In this document: positions 4,598-6,055 of the stretch, piece by piece
Layout: each line of letters begins with the position of its first letter
Position numbering within the stretch: the first letter of the stretch is position 1
Translations under genes and position numbers: made by a program
Assembly: GCF_048403405.1 (NCBI RefSeq)
Contig: NZ_CP183132.1
Source: Escherichia coli
Lineage (GTDB): Bacteria > Pseudomonadota > Gammaproteobacteria > Enterobacterales > Enterobacteriaceae
Direction: 5' to 3' (one strand)
DNA: 6,055 nt
Notes under the pieces: generated by a model
The model's database searches: none
What the model saw: the letters and a program-made list of their open reading frames with translations, nothing else
Told to the model about the DNA's origin: nothing

Positions 4598-5464
4598 ATG
4601 ATTAAAGGAATGCTTTTTGCTTTTTTAGCAGCGTTCTCATGGGGGGCAGCTATCGTAATGAGCAAAAAAGGAGTTGAAGAACTAGATGCCGGAGGGGTGT
4701 TTTTCTGGCAGATTTGTAGTGCAGTAATACTATCTTGGATAGTTCTTTTTATAAAAAGAAAAAAACTCCCATTAAACTCAAAAGCGATACTTGCTTATGC
4801 GACAGGCGTTTTTGAACCATTCTTAGCGTATACTTTTACACTCTACGGACTTTATTTTATTTCAGCAGGAAGCGCATCAATTATTTTTTCACTTGAATCA
4901 GTGTTTATATTGGTGTTGTCTGTTCTTATTTGCTCAGTTAAAATTAATTCCCCGCAATATTTTATATTGTTCCTTATAGGTGCAATTGTTGGCAGTATTT
5001 TGGTAGCCTTGCCAGACATCAGTAATGGATCGAATAATATTGTTGGATATTGTCTTGTTGTTGCCGGTGTGTTATCGGCAGCATTTTATGTTGTTATATC
5101 GTCTCGCCTTATTAAATCGTTTGAGCCTATCACATTATTGAGCGGACAGTTGACATTCTCCCTTATACTGTCATCGCTCTTTATTTTTATATCTAAATCA
5201 TCAATTTATCTTCCGTTGGAATCCGTGATTATTGTTTTTTCATCTGGAATATTACAATATTTTTTAGCTTTTTGTTTTTACTTGAACTCCTTGCGTTGGC
5301 TCCCAGTTCATTTGGCAGGGATAATGTTGTACTTTATTCCGCTAGTTGCATTATTTTTGTCATGGTTGTTTTTGGATGAACAATTCACATTCTTACAGGG
5401 GGTAGGATTTATTGTAACTGTGCTAAGTGTATATTTTCTTAACAGAAAATACTCAGAGGAGTAA
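4598..5464 (+). CDS. DMT-superfamily (EamA-like) permease, 288 aa, about 10 TM segments (cargo gene B)
   Basis: ATG 4598 follows the upstream TAA (4594-4596) by 1 nt, with AAGAGGA (4582-4588) 9 nt upstream. The N-terminus GMLFAFLAAFSWGAAIVMSKKG is typical of EamA domains. I count ten hydrophobic segments arranged as two five-TM halves. The ORF-track start at 4517 adds 27 residues overlapping gene A and is unlikely. Confidence 0.9.
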   Translation: MIKGMLFAFLAAFSWGAAIVMSKKGVEELDAGGVFFWQICSAVILSWIVLFIKRKKLPLNSKAILAYATGVFEPFLAYTFTLYGLYFISAGSASIIFSLESVFILVLSVLICSVKINSPQYFILFLIGAIVGSILVALPDISNGSNNIVGYCLVVAGVLSAAFYVVISSRLIKSFEPITLLSGQLTFSLILSSLFIFISKSSIYLPLESVIIVFSSGILQYFLAFCFYLNSLRWLPVHLAGIMLYFIPLVALFLSWLFLDEQFTFLQGVGFIVTVLSVYFLNRKYSEE

Positions 5465-5631
5465 CATTCTGTTCAGGATTGCCCCCCGGCCTCCATCGAT
5501 ACCGTGCCAAATGCACGTAAAAAACGGGAGCGTTTCTGGTGTCGGAATGTAACCAAGGGGGTCAGAGGCGCGCTAAAACGCTCTCAGGGGAGTCAAATAG
5601 AGACGTTTGTAACAAAAAGATCAAAGGATCC

Positions 5632-6055
5632 TCTTGAGATCCTTTTTTTCTGCGCGTAATCTGCTGCCTGTAAACGAAAAAACCGCCTTGCAGGGCGGTT
5701 TGATCGAAGGTTAAGTCAGCTTGCAGACTGCTTAACCAGGTAACTGTCTTATGCGAGACGAGTCACCAAAATTGTTCTTCTAGTGTAGCCGCACTCCGGC
5801 AGCCACTTCAAGTACTCTCTAAATATCTCGCACATGACTTTTACCAATGGCTGCTGCCAGTGGCGCTTTGTGGTGTCTTTTCCGGGTTGGACCCAAGAGA
5901 ACAGTTACCGGAGAAGGCGCAGCAGTCGGGCTGAACGGGGGGTTCCTGCATACAGCCCAGCCCGGAGCGAACTGCCTAAGTCGCCCCGAGATACCAGAAG
6001 ACGTGAGCTATGAGAAAGCGCCACGTGTCCCGTAAGGGAGAAAGGCGGAAAAGGT
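5632..6055. repeat. Terminal redundancy: an exact second copy of 1-424 (RNAII promoter, RNAI, 5' part of RNAII) caused by linearising a circle
   Basis: A base-by-base comparison of 5632-6055 with 1-424 shows identity. The offset of 5631 also maps ORF 216-404 onto 5847-6035. Confidence 0.95.

Noticed and set aside
4459-4665. 68-aa minus-strand ORF across the gene A / permease junction
   Set aside because: It is antisense to two well-supported genes in AT-rich DNA, has no SD, and its Ile/Lys-rich product is typical of antisense AT-rich sequence.
3386-5478. The 7-mer TTCAGGA occurs near both edges of the AT-rich cargo (3386-3392 and 5472-5478), a possible target-site duplication or recombination scar
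   Set aside because: A 7-bp match between two ~100-bp boundary zones is expected by chance at roughly even odds. There are no associated inverted repeats, transposase or integrase.
5490-5530. A possible second Xer-like site at the right cargo boundary (gtgccaaatgcacgtaaaaaacg), which would make the cargo a Xer-flanked module
   Set aside because: It resembles a XerC arm only loosely, and no TTATG.TAAAT-type XerD arm follows at 6-8 bp. I could not find a second core anywhere in the window.
1-6055. CRISPR arrays, tRNA/rRNA genes, IS elements and integron attC/attI sites
   Set aside because: Apart from the wrap-around overlap there are no spaced direct-repeat arrays, no cloverleaf-like or rRNA-like segments, no transposase or integrase ORF, and no terminal inverted repeats.

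Overview
The window is a complete circular ColE1/pMB1-family mobilisable plasmid of 5,631 bp. It is written linearly with a 424-bp wrap-around: bases 1-424 are identical to 5632-6055. The GC-rich backbone is recognisable almost base by base. It carries the RNAII/RNAI replication control region and origin (about 1-620), bom/oriT (about 870-960), rop on the minus strand (1036-1227), and the MOB-HEN mobilisation operon mbeC-mbeA (1259-3170). mbeB and mbeD are nested in the +1 frame of mbeA. A cer-type XerCD multimer-resolution site with its internal Pcer/Rcd unit lies at about 3171-3375. The slot where relatives carry colicin/immunity/lysis genes holds a sharply AT-rich two-gene cassette (about 3400-5465). 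It encodes a 350-aa soluble protein I cannot place in a characterised family and a translationally coupled 288-aa, 10-TM DMT/EamA-type permease. This cassette is the best candidate for an undescribed system. My leading hypothesis is an enzyme plus exporter pair for a small molecule, but that is inference only. Secondary points of interest are RNAI loops that differ from ColE1/pMB1, a cer core with a 7-bp central region abutting the cargo junction, and an expansion in the RNAII 3' domain. There is also no obvious terminator between the cargo operon and the RNAII promoter. All homology statements come from my memory of pBR322/ColE1 sequences and protein motifs. No search was run.
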